A stretch of 26,479 bases of DNA from Candidatus Peribacterales bacterium (GCA_020059985.1 JAGVCI010000103.1:1-26479); one strand, 5' to 3'. Positions 1 to 8,861 are shown, counted from the stretch's first letter. Made by a program: numbers and translations. The notes: generated by a model not told the origin, from the sequence alone.

Positions 1-1
1 C

Positions 2-547
2 ATGACCTTGAGTGAATTCCGCGATGTGCTCGTAGAGCAACAAGAGCGCGATGTGCGACTACCGCCGAAGAAAGTGATCCTCGCGATCTCCGATGTCACC
101 CCAGAGAATGTGACCGAGGTCTCGGACGTGCTCCGCGCGAGCAATGTGACGGCAACGATCTTCATCCCGACAAAATTCATCGGACTAGAAGGGATTACGG
201 AGAAACAGATCTTAAATCTCCTCGCCAACGGCAACGACATTCAATCAGGTGGTCACACGGGTGACGACCTGCGTTCACTCACGAATGCGCAGGTGGAGCT
301 GGAGCTCGCGCAGAGCCGCAAGATCATCGAGGAAATGACCAAGCAGGCAGTATTTGCCATCGGGTACCCCATTGGAGGCGTGAATGAGCGTGTTGCACAG
401 AAAGCAGGCGATGCAGGGTACCTTCTCGGCATCGGTGCCGCGCAGGAACGATCCTTCGTTCGCGCTGACCTCCTCCGTATTCCAAGTTTCGGCATATCTG
501 CGTCATCAACAGCCGAAGAGGTCGTGGGACTTGTGACAGGGCAATAA
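2..547 (+). CDS. NodB/CE4 polysaccharide deacetylase-like domain, probably 5'-truncated by the window edge; catalytic motifs degenerate
   Basis: Fold-typical segments ATIFIPTKFIG, ELAQSRKIIEE and GYPIG..N..V...AGY are present, but the TFDDG motif reads ISDV and the HS/TxxH motif reads SGGHTG. Confidence 0.75.
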   Translation: MTLSEFRDVLVEQQERDVRLPPKKVILAISDVTPENVTEVSDVLRASNVTATIFIPTKFIGLEGITEKQILNLLANGNDIQSGGHTGDDLRSLTNAQVELELAQSRKIIEEMTKQAVFAIGYPIGGVNERVAQKAGDAGYLLGIGAAQERSFVRADLLRIPSFGISASSTAEEVVGLVTGQ

Positions 548-588
548 CGGGCCCACGACTTCTTTGGACCGCTTAAAAAAGTATTTCT

Positions 589-843
589 CTATCGATTTGT
601 TCCCCCACGCAGCATCATCTCTGCTTGCTGCGCAGCCTGTTCACCGATCATGCGCATCAAATCGTCCGTGTGGTAGTACGCGACATAGATGCTTCCGAGG
701 AGGGCGAGAATAGGAATGATCCCGAGGAGACCGCGGAAGAACCCGCCGATCGTGCGGAGACGATCGCGCTTATCCATGTTTCGGAGGTGCTCCAAAATCT
801 CTTCCAGCTTGTCGTCTGTTGTTGTGCGTGTGGGTTTATCCAT
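589..843 (-). CDS. Small single-pass membrane hypothetical protein (84 aa)
   Basis: ORF with hydrophobic stretch GLLGIIPILALLGSIYVAYY; TATAAT lies 7 nt upstream of the ATG. Confidence 0.7.
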   Translation of the reverse strand: MDKPTRTTTDDKLEEILEHLRNMDKRDRLRTIGGFFRGLLGIIPILALLGSIYVAYYHTDDLMRMIGEQAAQQAEMMLRGGTNR

Positions 844-850
844 CCCCTGT

Positions 851-856
851 ATTATA
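851..856 (-). promoter_or_regulatory. Sigma70-type -10 box (TATAAT) 7 nt upstream of ATG 843
   Basis: Perfect consensus hexamer at the spacing expected for a leaderless transcript. Confidence 0.6.
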
Positions 857-883
857 GCGAAAATCGCTCAAACTGTCACTTTG

Positions 884-1942
884 CTAGAAACCCCGTCGCC
901 ACTTCCGAATCGCCTCAAAGGCGCGGGTGAGTCGGTAACTTCCGGAGAGAGGGATATCCACGCAGTGCTGTAACTCGAGGAATGTTCCGCCGAAACCGGT
1001 CTTGAATGTCGTGACGCCCTGGAACGGATGATTCTTCGCACCCTCAGGGGCGATGCCCCAAAAGTTATAGACGTGATCGCCACGACGGATCGCGTCGCGG
1101 ATCGCGGTCCATTGGAGAAGATAGCTCGCAGGGATTTTATCGTAAGCGTGTGTACTCGCTCCGTGGTGATAACTGGTCTCTCCACCGACGTGCATGTGGA
1201 TAGACGATGCGATCACTTGGCCTTGGTACTCCGCGAGGTAGAGCGTGCACTCGTTGCGGTCACTGAATCGTCCGACTTGTGCGGTGAAGAACGCGTTCGT
1301 GTATGGCGTGAACCCATGACGCTTGCGGGTCTCATCGTGGAGACGCAGAAAGTGTGCGAGATCGCTCTTAGGGTTCTTCGACGCTCGGACCGTGACACCC
1401 TCGCGCTCTGCGCGGCGGATTAAATTGCGGGTGGTCTTGCGCATGGCCATGAGAATGGATTCCTCGGAGCAGGGGGTGGGATTGGGGGGTAGGGGGTAGG
1501 GGGTGGGGCTCCAGTAATCCGGTGCGGTGAGTGGTAAATACCAGATGTGCTCTGCGAGAAGGTGAAGCGGAGAGGGCACTGAGCCGGAAAGTGGCGCGAG
1601 CGAGGCTGGCCAGAAAGGACTCAGTCGCAGAAACGAGCACCGATGCTCTTTCGCGACGCGTGTGAGCTCACCGATCAGGAGGTCACTCACTATTTTTTCT
1701 TTTCCGCGTTCACATACAGGTCCGTAGGGGATTGCGAGATGTCTGCCACGACGTGCGGGCACGACTATGCTCAAGCAGATCCCGACGATCGCGCCGTTCT
1801 CACGGACTTCCAACCGGATCGGCTCTTGCGCTGTGTCACGGTAGACCTCACCCATCGTCCACGATTGGAGGAATGGAGAAAACTGCTGCCGCGTGAGGAA
1901 TGCATCCCACTCCTGTGCGTTATTGGCTTTAGCGATCTGCAT
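884..1942 (-). CDS. FemABX/FemX-family aminoacyl-tRNA-dependent peptidyltransferase (peptidoglycan bridge formation family)
   Basis: Motifs FLQSW..GE, IPYGPV, MRKTTRNLIRRA, YLLQW.AI..A...G...YNFWGI and GV..FK.GFGG; overlaps the upstream gene by 14 nt. Confidence 0.88.
   Translation of the reverse strand: MQIAKANNAQEWDAFLTRQQFSPFLQSWTMGEVYRDTAQEPIRLEVRENGAIVGICLSIVVPARRGRHLAIPYGPVCERGKEKIVSDLLIGELTRVAKEHRCSFLRLSPFWPASLAPLSGSVPSPLHLLAEHIWYLPLTAPDYWSPTPYPLPPNPTPCSEESILMAMRKTTRNLIRRAEREGVTVRASKNPKSDLAHFLRLHDETRKRHGFTPYTNAFFTAQVGRFSDRNECTLYLAEYQGQVIASSIHMHVGGETSYHHGASTHAYDKIPASYLLQWTAIRDAIRRGDHVYNFWGIAPEGAKNHPFQGVTTFKTGFGGTFLELQHCVDIPLSGSYRLTRAFEAIRKWRRGF
1471..1508 (+). repeat. G-run tract with AGGGGGT heptamer periodicity inside the FemABX gene (encodes PTPYPLPPNPTP)
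   Basis: Six G-runs (5,3,6,5,5,4 G); AGGGGGT occurs at 1471, 1491 and 1498. Confidence 0.8.
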
Positions 1943-3188
1943 GTGGAGAAGACGGTAGCACCTCGCTCAAGGCGCGGACCAGCGAGCGACCTTGGCCCAG
2001 AGTCATCGTGGGGTGCGTGGGGAGGGAAAGGATCTGCTCGCATGCGGCCTCCGCGACAGGATCACTCCCCGGAACGTAATTCACCGGATCGAAATCGACG
2101 CCCTCGGGACAGACGACGCACCCGGTCCATCCATCGTGGAGATGAATGTTCTGTTTCTTCAATTTCTGTCTGATCTCCTCTGCGTGCATCGTGAAGAGCG
2201 GGAACTTCTGGAGTGGAAGATCGCCGGTGACTCCGCTGAGCATCGGCCACTGCTGCTCCTTTCCTTCCTCGAGGAAGAACTGCGTGAGGGCACGGCGATG
2301 ATCATTGATCTTTTGAAGCTTCTTCCATTCTCCGAGCGTGAGAGCAGCGCAGGCATTGGGGAGAGCGTGGAGCGCAGGGGACATCTGTCCCTGTTTCTCC
2401 GTAGCGGTAAGGATCGGGACCAGTGCGCCGATCATGCGGGCGAGCTGCAGGATCGCTTTTCCGATGCCGACACCGATCAACGGTCGAGAGACGAGGTACA
2501 CGAGTGGGTAGAGGAGCAGACGCACGATGTGGAGATGCGATAATCCGCGCGCCTTCGCTTCCTCACCTTTCAGAAGTGCGGAGACGGCACTCTGTTTCGA
2601 CACGATCGCACCACCGGTGATCCCCGAAATCGCCTTGTCGCGACCGAAACTGAGGAGAAGGAAGTCACCAGCGCCGATTGGGGCTGGCCCTGATGCATCA
2701 GGAAGCACGTGTGCGCAGTCTTCGATGAGCGTCAGGTGTTTCTCCGCACACAACGTGCGCAGCTCTGCAGTGGGCCCTGGGATGCCGAACGTGTGCTGGC
2801 AGATCACTGCTCGCGTGCGGGGTGTGAGACATTCGCGGACGCTCTCGGCTGTGAGGTTCAACGTCTCGCGATCGATCTCGGCGTAGACCGGCACGCCGCC
2901 CGCGGCGTGAATAGCATTCGGCACCACAACGCAGGTGTAGCTCTGGACGATCACTTCTTCTCCGGCCTTGAGGTGCATCGCTTTGAAGAGAGCGACGAGT
3001 GCTTCTCTGCCGCTCGCGAAGAGTGCGACGTCTCCGTGAAGAGCATCACTCAGAGAGTGGCGCAGGATCTCTCGGTCGCGACCACGCTGCCACTTCCAGG
3101 GCATGAGGAGGAGTCCTATGCTCCTGAGCGCGTACGAAAGCGTCACGTGCGGCGCGAAAGTGTGGTGGATAGGGGAGAGGAGACTCAT
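1929..3188 (-). CDS. DegT/DnrJ/EryC1/StrS-family PLP-dependent aminotransferase
   Basis: ASGREAL, YTCVVVPNAI..AGG.PVY.EID, QHTFGIP, IEDCAH, SFGRDK (PLP lysine position) and C-terminal LSLPTHP. Confidence 0.9.
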   Translation of the reverse strand: MSLLSPIHHTFAPHVTLSYALRSIGLLLMPWKWQRGRDREILRHSLSDALHGDVALFASGREALVALFKAMHLKAGEEVIVQSYTCVVVPNAIHAAGGVPVYAEIDRETLNLTAESVRECLTPRTRAVICQHTFGIPGPTAELRTLCAEKHLTLIEDCAHVLPDASGPAPIGAGDFLLLSFGRDKAISGITGGAIVSKQSAVSALLKGEEAKARGLSHLHIVRLLLYPLVYLVSRPLIGVGIGKAILQLARMIGALVPILTATEKQGQMSPALHALPNACAALTLGEWKKLQKINDHRRALTQFFLEEGKEQQWPMLSGVTGDLPLQKFPLFTMHAEEIRQKLKKQNIHLHDGWTGCVVCPEGVDFDPVNYVPGSDPVAEAACEQILSLPTHPTMTLGQGRSLVRALSEVLPSSPHADR

Positions 3189-4705
3189 GGGAGGAGGCGC
3201 GTGATCGTGGCATGACTCATACGGCCGACCGCCGCAAGAAGAGAACCGGCTTCGAGTGCTTGCGTAGACTCACTGAATCGTTCGACGCTTCGCCCGTAGC
3301 CTCGTTCGAACATCGCGGCACTCCGCGGGTGAAGGAAGATCACCCGGTCGAAGACGTCACGCGCGAGGCCGCCGAGCTCGGTGTGGGTACGGTCCTGCAC
3401 TTCGCCAAGCTCGATAAGTCCGGGTGTGAGGAGAACCTTTTTGTCGGCTGGTTGGCTCTTTGCCCAGGCGATAGCGGCGCGGAAGCTCGCCGCGCTCGCA
3501 TTGTGGGTGTCATCGAGCACCGTGACGCCGCTGCGTGTATCTACGTGGAACGTGTGCGCGGGAGGCGCGAAGGAACTGAGCCTCGTCGCGATCTCTTTGC
3601 GCGCGAGTCCGAGGTGCTCGGCAGCGGCGATCGCGAGGAGAACGTTCGTGACGTTATGAGTGCCATGGAGCGGGAGAGCGAACGTGGTGTCTCCCACGCG
3701 GAATCGTATCCCGCTCGGTGTCTCTTCGATGTCATACGCCTCGATGTCGTTGTGCCCGCCGGTTCCGACGGTGAGTACGGGGCTTGCGGCTTTGGATTTC
3801 ACTGCCGCACAGAGGTCGCAGTCCACATTGAGGAGAGCGAGACCACTGGCGGGGAGCGCTTCGAAGAGTTCTGCCTTCGCATTCTGCAGTGCCTCCTGCG
3901 ATCCGAAGAGCGCGATGTGCTGACTCCCGATAAATGTGATGATCCCGATCTGTGGTCGTGCGATTTCTGCGAGGAGTCGGATCTCTCCCGGTGCGTACGC
4001 GCCCATTTCTACGATCAAGATCTTCGGAGGACTCTGGAGAGTCTTCGTGAGCCACTGCGCGACTCCCATTTCCGAGTTCACGTGCGCAGGAGTGGCGACC
4101 GCTCCTTCTTTTTTGAGGGTGTGTGCGAGGAGTTCTTTCGTCGTCGTCTTTCCTACGCTCCCCGTGATGCCGATGACCGTGAGATCATCGTGAGCCGCTC
4201 GCAGAGACTTTGCTCTCTCGAGGATCCGCTTTTTAAGGAAATAATCGAGCGGTGCCAAGAGCTGCCACGCGATTATGAGGAAGAAGGGGATGAAGAGCGG
4301 GAGGAGAGGGAGCACGAGCGGCTCTCTATCGACGAACGCCCACGCGGTTCCTGTAGTGAGGAGGAGTGTCAGCACACAAAGCGAGATCGCCTTCTGTGTC
4401 CAGATGGGCTTGGGTTGTCGGCGCACGACGGTCTGGAGCAGACCGAGCGCCGTGAAGGCGATGAGGGATGCGGCGATCCACTGTTCCTGGGAGAGGAACG
4501 AGAGAACCAGAGGAATCGTGGTGAAGAGCAGCAGCAGCGGGCGCGTGATCCCGAAGAATTGACGCATGAGTCCTTCACTGCGCATGTGTTCCCGCAGGCG
4601 ATCAATGCGCCACTCTTTGATCTGCCACAGATGCGCGAACGTGAGGAGTGGCGAGAGTGATGACGCGACGACCAAGCCGATGAGGAGTATCGGATTTGTG
4701 ATCAT
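3185..4705 (-). CDS. murF: MurF-like Mur ligase with an N-terminal multi-pass membrane domain
   Basis: P-loop GITGSVGKTTTKE, VEMGA...GEI..LA.IARP.IGIIT, QH...FGS...L..AKAEL, LDDTHNAS and TPGLIELG; the first ~155 aa contain about 4 hydrophobic helices. It may be a MurF paralogue rather than the housekeeping enzyme. Confidence 0.8.
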   Translation of the reverse strand: MITNPILLIGLVVASSLSPLLTFAHLWQIKEWRIDRLREHMRSEGLMRQFFGITRPLLLLFTTIPLVLSFLSQEQWIAASLIAFTALGLLQTVVRRQPKPIWTQKAISLCVLTLLLTTGTAWAFVDREPLVLPLLPLFIPFFLIIAWQLLAPLDYFLKKRILERAKSLRAAHDDLTVIGITGSVGKTTTKELLAHTLKKEGAVATPAHVNSEMGVAQWLTKTLQSPPKILIVEMGAYAPGEIRLLAEIARPQIGIITFIGSQHIALFGSQEALQNAKAELFEALPASGLALLNVDCDLCAAVKSKAASPVLTVGTGGHNDIEAYDIEETPSGIRFRVGDTTFALPLHGTHNVTNVLLAIAAAEHLGLARKEIATRLSSFAPPAHTFHVDTRSGVTVLDDTHNASAASFRAAIAWAKSQPADKKVLLTPGLIELGEVQDRTHTELGGLARDVFDRVIFLHPRSAAMFERGYGRSVERFSESTQALEAGSLLAAVGRMSHATITRLLP

Positions 4706-5439
4706 GCGAGCAGAGGACGGATAACGGCGGCGATTTCAGTCGCACGGTCTTTATGCACGCCGTGGCGTACGCCCGGGTAGCGGTGAACCGTGAGCGTCGG
4801 GATCGCTTTCTGAAAGATTGCGGCGTCGGTGATGGGCGTCATGCGGTCGTCTTCTCCCCAGAAGAGATCAGTTCCGATCGAAATTTTCGGAAGAAGTGAT
4901 CGCAGATCTTCGCGCGTGACGAGGATCAACGTTTCGCGCATGAGTGGTGACGCTTTCTCGTAGTCATGCACGCGCACGAGTCTGTAGAGGAGTTTTTTTC
5001 CGAGGGGAGAGAGCGACGCGAGTCCTGGGATCGACAGGAAAAACTTCCCGGTCTTCGCGAGCGTGAGTCCGAAGATGCGTTTGAAGTGTCGTGGATGACG
5101 GATGCCTGCGGGCGCGCAGAGGAAAAGGTGGATTGGTGGTCGCACTGACCCGCGAACGAGCATCTTGATCGCGATGCGACCGCCGTGGGAGTGTGCGAGC
5201 AGGAGATACGGACGGTCTCCGATATTCTTTTTGATAAAAGTTTCCACCCAGTCGACGTAATCATCTGTGTTCCAGGGACGACTGGGCTCGGGTTCCGCGC
5301 CAAACCCCGGCAGATCCGGGGTGAGGATGTCGAGAACTTCTGAATGCAGGGCGGCGCGCAGGGGATCGAAGGATTCCTTGGAGCCTCCCCATCCATGAAG
5401 GCACAGGAGGATCGGCCGATTGGGCTGCGGCGAATTCAT
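4702..5439 (-). CDS. Alpha/beta-fold hydrolase
   Basis: LHGWGGS, DLPGFG, nucleophile elbow AHSHGG, WGEDD.MTP and a C-terminal His (RHGVH); 4-nt ATGA overlap with the MurF-like gene. Confidence 0.9.
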   Translation of the reverse strand: MNSPQPNRPILLCLHGWGGSKESFDPLRAALHSEVLDILTPDLPGFGAEPEPSRPWNTDDYVDWVETFIKKNIGDRPYLLLAHSHGGRIAIKMLVRGSVRPPIHLFLCAPAGIRHPRHFKRIFGLTLAKTGKFFLSIPGLASLSPLGKKLLYRLVRVHDYEKASPLMRETLILVTREDLRSLLPKISIGTDLFWGEDDRMTPITDAAIFQKAIPTLTVHRYPGVRHGVHKDRATEIAAVIRPLLA

Positions 5440-5446
5440 CCGGCCC

Positions 5447-5452
5447 AGTATA
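5447..5452 (-). promoter_or_regulatory. -10 box (TATACT) 7 nt upstream of ATG 5439; likely promoter of the four-gene envelope operon
   Basis: TANNNT hexamer at leaderless spacing; no Shine-Dalgarno sequence. Confidence 0.55.
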
Positions 5453-5520
5453 CGGGATTTTGGCTCATTTCACGCGAAAAACGCGGCTGGAATTGCTCCC
5501 AGCCGCGTCCTTCTTTTTGG

Positions 5521-7887
5521 CTACAGCGAGCACCAGGTGACCGGTGCGGTGTTGAGCGACTCGCACTTCGTACCGTTTTCCGTCGTCGTGCAGATGTCGT
5601 TCGCGTTTCCGCCGTCGGACTTGTCGGATCCCGTTCCGCCGTCGATACGGTCGGTTCCGTTGCTGCCTTCGGCGTTGTCGTTACCGCCACCACCGCAGAT
5701 ATCGTCGCTGCCGTTGCTGCCGTCGAGCTTGTCGTTCCCTTCACCGCCGTCCAAGTGGTCGTTGCCGTTCCCTCCGTCGAGCTCGTCGTTATCGGCACCG
5801 CCCAGGAGGGTGTCATTTCCGTTGCCGCCTTCGAGTTTGTCTCTACCTTCCTCGCCAGCGATCCAGTCGTTGCCGATGCTGCCGTCGAGCTCGTCATTTC
5901 CTCCGCGGCCGCAGATGATGTCGTTCCCGATACTACCGTTGATGTCGTCTTTTCCAGATGTGCCGACGATCACATCGTGTCCTTGCGTGCCGTCCAACGT
6001 ACCGTTGTACACATCGCCGTCGTCACTTCCGCCGTGAATGATGTTGCTGCCGTCCACCCAAATGGTTGCAGACTTCGCATTGCAGATTGGCTCGATGTCA
6101 CAGGCATTTCCGATGCCGTCATTGTCCGCATCAGCTTGATCTGGGTTCGGGATGCTCGGACAGTTGTCGCTGTCGTCATTGTCGCCGTCGTCGTCCGCGT
6201 CGATGTCCGTGTTATTGAATGTGCAGGTCACGGTCTCTCCGGCAGCCACGTTGAACGTTGCCGTTCGGGTGCCCGTGTTCCCGGAACTATTGGTGGTGGG
6301 ATCGCTGCAGACGATGCTCGAGAGCGTCCAGCCTCCGAGCGCTGCTTCCGTTGTGGTGTAGGTTCCCGGGTCGACTGCGAGGGTGATGCTCTGACCATCC
6401 GCGATGGAACCGCTCAAGCTTCCGCTGAAGCTGAACGGCGTCGCACTGCCATCCGGAGTCGTCTGCTTCGTCACGGTGATCGATCCCTTCTTCGTGTTCA
6501 CAAAAGTACAGGTCACCGATTCACCGGCGGCGAGCACGATCGCATTGATTGGGCTGCCGTCGCTACAGGTTGCCGATGTCTGTATCCATCCTGTCTGTGC
6601 ATCTTCACTCACGCTGTATGTTCCCGCGGCAAGAAGTCCGCTGTCATTGGACTGACCATCAGATAACGTAAATCCATCCTGATCGTAGCTACTGGTGAAG
6701 GTGAAGGATCCCGATCCTCCAATGGTTTGCTTCTGCACGATGATGCCGCTGCCCTTCGTATTCACGAAGTGACAGGTCGCAGTCCCACCTGGACTGACCG
6801 TCACAGTGCAGTTCGCCTGGTTCGGTGTCCAGTTCGCCACAGCTTGCTCGGTGATAGTGACTTGCGTGTTCGCATCAACGAAGACATCGAAAAAGCTACT
6901 CACCGTCTGGCCTGTTTGCGTCGTCGTGAGCGTGAGTGATCCTGTGTTCGCATTCACTGCATTATGCGTGAAGGTGAATGGTCCCACGCCACCGATCGTT
7001 TCTTTCTCCACAGTAATCCTCGCGCGGCGCCTGTTCACGATCGTACAATTCAGATCCTGGCCAGGTGCGACAAGAAGATTCGAGCAGTTGTTGGAAACCA
7101 TCATCCATCCATCCTGTGCGGTCTCATTGATCGTGTACGTTCCACTTAGCGTGAGAACCGTCGATGCGGATCCGTTCGAAGTCGTGAGGTTGAAAGGGGT
7201 GATTCCGGTTCCCGTGAAGCTAAACGTCCCATTTTCTCCTTGAGCTTCTTTTCGTACGGTGATCGATCCACTATTGAAGTCGTATGTGTCGTTATTAATC
7301 ATTACATTGTCGATGAGAATGGTTTGTTCGTTGTCGTCTGGGAATATCCAACCTGCGTCCACGGCGATAGTAACTGCAAGAATTTTGGCCGTTCCTGCGA
7401 GAGTCACAGCATTAGCGTATGTATCAACTGATGTCCCTCCAATCTGTGATGTATCAAACCGGGAATCCAATGATTGCAAAAGGTTTCCGGTCGTGTCCCA
7501 CATGTTCGGTGTGCAGCCTCCTGTGAAGGGCGGAGGTCCGATGTATATGAATATATTGCCATCCGCAGGTTGTTCAAATGTTCCATTTCCATTTCTATCA
7601 AGCGAAACCTGGAAACGCGGCGCACCTCCTTTGCAATCGTCATCAGTCACATTGAAGTCTGTGCTGAGTTTTGTGAGGTCACTAAACTCTAGTCCATCGT
7701 AATGATGGAAATCCATGCCGGTAATACCGGCTGCAGCATCAGGGATGGCCACAGATTGGAACTGAAGGACACCTCCAACGTTTTGGACGTTACCTTCAAA
7801 TTCAATGAGTGGATCCGCAGCAATAGCCAGCGTTGCGACGAGTCCGATGGCACCGCCCGCTGCGGCGAGAGAAAGAAAACGCTTCAT
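5521..7887 (-). CDS. Secreted multidomain Ca-binding surface protein/adhesin (signal peptide, beta-rich N-terminal domain, Thr-rich prealbumin/SpaA-like repeats, TSP3-like motif, RTX-type repeats)
   Basis: N-terminal MKRFLSLAAAGGAIGLVATLAIAA; repeated ITVxKxT...F.FT...CTFVNTK modules; DNCPSIPNPDQADADNDGIGNACD; GGxGxDxLx nonapeptides. Confidence 0.85.
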   Translation of the reverse strand: MKRFLSLAAAGGAIGLVATLAIAADPLIEFEGNVQNVGGVLQFQSVAIPDAAAGITGMDFHHYDGLEFSDLTKLSTDFNVTDDDCKGGAPRFQVSLDRNGNGTFEQPADGNIFIYIGPPPFTGGCTPNMWDTTGNLLQSLDSRFDTSQIGGTSVDTYANAVTLAGTAKILAVTIAVDAGWIFPDDNEQTILIDNVMINNDTYDFNSGSITVRKEAQGENGTFSFTGTGITPFNLTTSNGSASTVLTLSGTYTINETAQDGWMMVSNNCSNLLVAPGQDLNCTIVNRRRARITVEKETIGGVGPFTFTHNAVNANTGSLTLTTTQTGQTVSSFFDVFVDANTQVTITEQAVANWTPNQANCTVTVSPGGTATCHFVNTKGSGIIVQKQTIGGSGSFTFTSSYDQDGFTLSDGQSNDSGLLAAGTYSVSEDAQTGWIQTSATCSDGSPINAIVLAAGESVTCTFVNTKKGSITVTKQTTPDGSATPFSFSGSLSGSIADGQSITLAVDPGTYTTTEAALGGWTLSSIVCSDPTTNSSGNTGTRTATFNVAAGETVTCTFNNTDIDADDDGDNDDSDNCPSIPNPDQADADNDGIGNACDIEPICNAKSATIWVDGSNIIHGGSDDGDVYNGTLDGTQGHDVIVGTSGKDDINGSIGNDIICGRGGNDELDGSIGNDWIAGEEGRDKLEGGNGNDTLLGGADNDELDGGNGNDHLDGGEGNDKLDGSNGSDDICGGGGNDNAEGSNGTDRIDGGTGSDKSDGGNANDICTTTENGTKCESLNTAPVTWCSL
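5587..5991 (-). repeat. 15 tandem RTX/hemolysin-type Ca-binding nonapeptide repeats (27-nt period)
   Basis: GTQGHDVIV, GTSGKDDIN, GSIGNDIIC ... GGTGSDKSD, GGNANDICT counted in the translation. Confidence 0.85.
6097..6207 (-). repeat. Thrombospondin type 3-like Ca-binding motif
   Basis: DIDADDDGDNDDSDNCPSIPNPDQADADNDGIGNACD. Confidence 0.8.
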
Positions 7888-8336
7888 GGGAGAGGGGGGA
7901 AGGGGTTGGGAATGAAAGCGAGCCGATGAAAATAGTCAGAGATGAGGAGAGTGTGAGATGAAAAAATACGATGCTTAACTTTGGATTCTACTGAGAGAGC
8001 ATCCTGATCGATAAAATTTTTGTTGACTGAATGCCAAGGTCTTATGTCTCGTGTTTTTTTCTGCACGCATTTCGACGACTCGCATTGTGTCGTATTAGTA
8101 AAAGAAAGCCTGCCCGAGCGCGATTGCGTTCGTGTTTCCGTCTGTGATTTTTTCGTGCACATTATGTGCACTGGTGTTTTCTTCGGAAGTTTGTCAAGAA
8201 TCTGCACGAGAGAGACCGATGCGTACGAAGAACCGTGTGTCATGACACACTGTAGAACGTTCGGGAGAGAACATTCTTAACGCGGTTCTCCTTGCCGAGA
8301 AGAAGTAAACGTTCTGTGCAGCGATCTCTCGTTGTC

Positions 8337-8861
8337 CTACCGTGCTGGGTACAAGTTCGTACCACGGAGGTCTTGCATTTGCTTGCGAGCGGTATTGCCG
8401 AGTTCGTCCAGGCAGATATTGCGCTGGCGTCCGGGAGGCGCGTACATGCACTGCAATCTCTGATAGCGGATATCGTTTACGTACGGACGCTTTGCGGTGT
8501 TCAAGTCCTCAGTGGGTTTGAACTCTGCATACGTTCTGCGGTTGAGACGCACATCGCGTGCGAAGTCTTGAGCTCGCATTCTCTGCAAACGCGCACGCAG
8601 ATGATTCTGGCCACGGTCCATACCATCATAAAGCTCAAATGCTCCAGTTGGTCGACTCATCCCACCTTCCACTTTTGCGCGCGCCTTCTGCCGAGCGATG
8701 CACCGCTCTGTGTGATCACTGTCGACGTGTGCGCAGACACGAAGAAGCTGCTCTTCCTTAGTCAACGTCTTCGAAGCCACTGTCGCTGCAGATGCGACGA
8801 AGGGAATACAGAAAAGAACGAACGCCGAAAGGGAAAGGAGGGTGCGATGCATGGGTTCCAT
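8337..8861 (-). CDS. Secreted hypothetical protein, Arg-rich, with two Cys pairs (start at 8861 or 8852)
   Basis: Signal-peptide-like MHRTLLSLSAFVLFCIPFVASAA; the ORF-track start at 8945 runs into a terminator hairpin, so it is probably too long. Confidence 0.7.
   Translation of the reverse strand: MEPMHRTLLSLSAFVLFCIPFVASAATVASKTLTKEEQLLRVCAHVDSDHTERCIARQKARAKVEGGMSRPTGAFELYDGMDRGQNHLRARLQRMRAQDFARDVRLNRRTYAEFKPTEDLNTAKRPYVNDIRYQRLQCMYAPPGRQRNICLDELGNTARKQMQDLRGTNLYPAR

Noticed and set aside
3212-4660. 482-aa plus-strand ORF
   Set aside because: Antisense shadow of the MurF-like gene, with no motifs.
5344-6666. 440-aa and 205-aa plus-strand repetitive ORFs (Val/Ala-rich and Pro/Ser-rich)
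   Set aside because: Antisense read-through of the RTX and Thr-rich repeats.
7884-8280. 119-aa (minus) and 86-aa (plus) ORFs in the intergenic region
   Set aside because: Mutually overlapping, no protein-like features, and the region is rich in regulatory-type palindromes.
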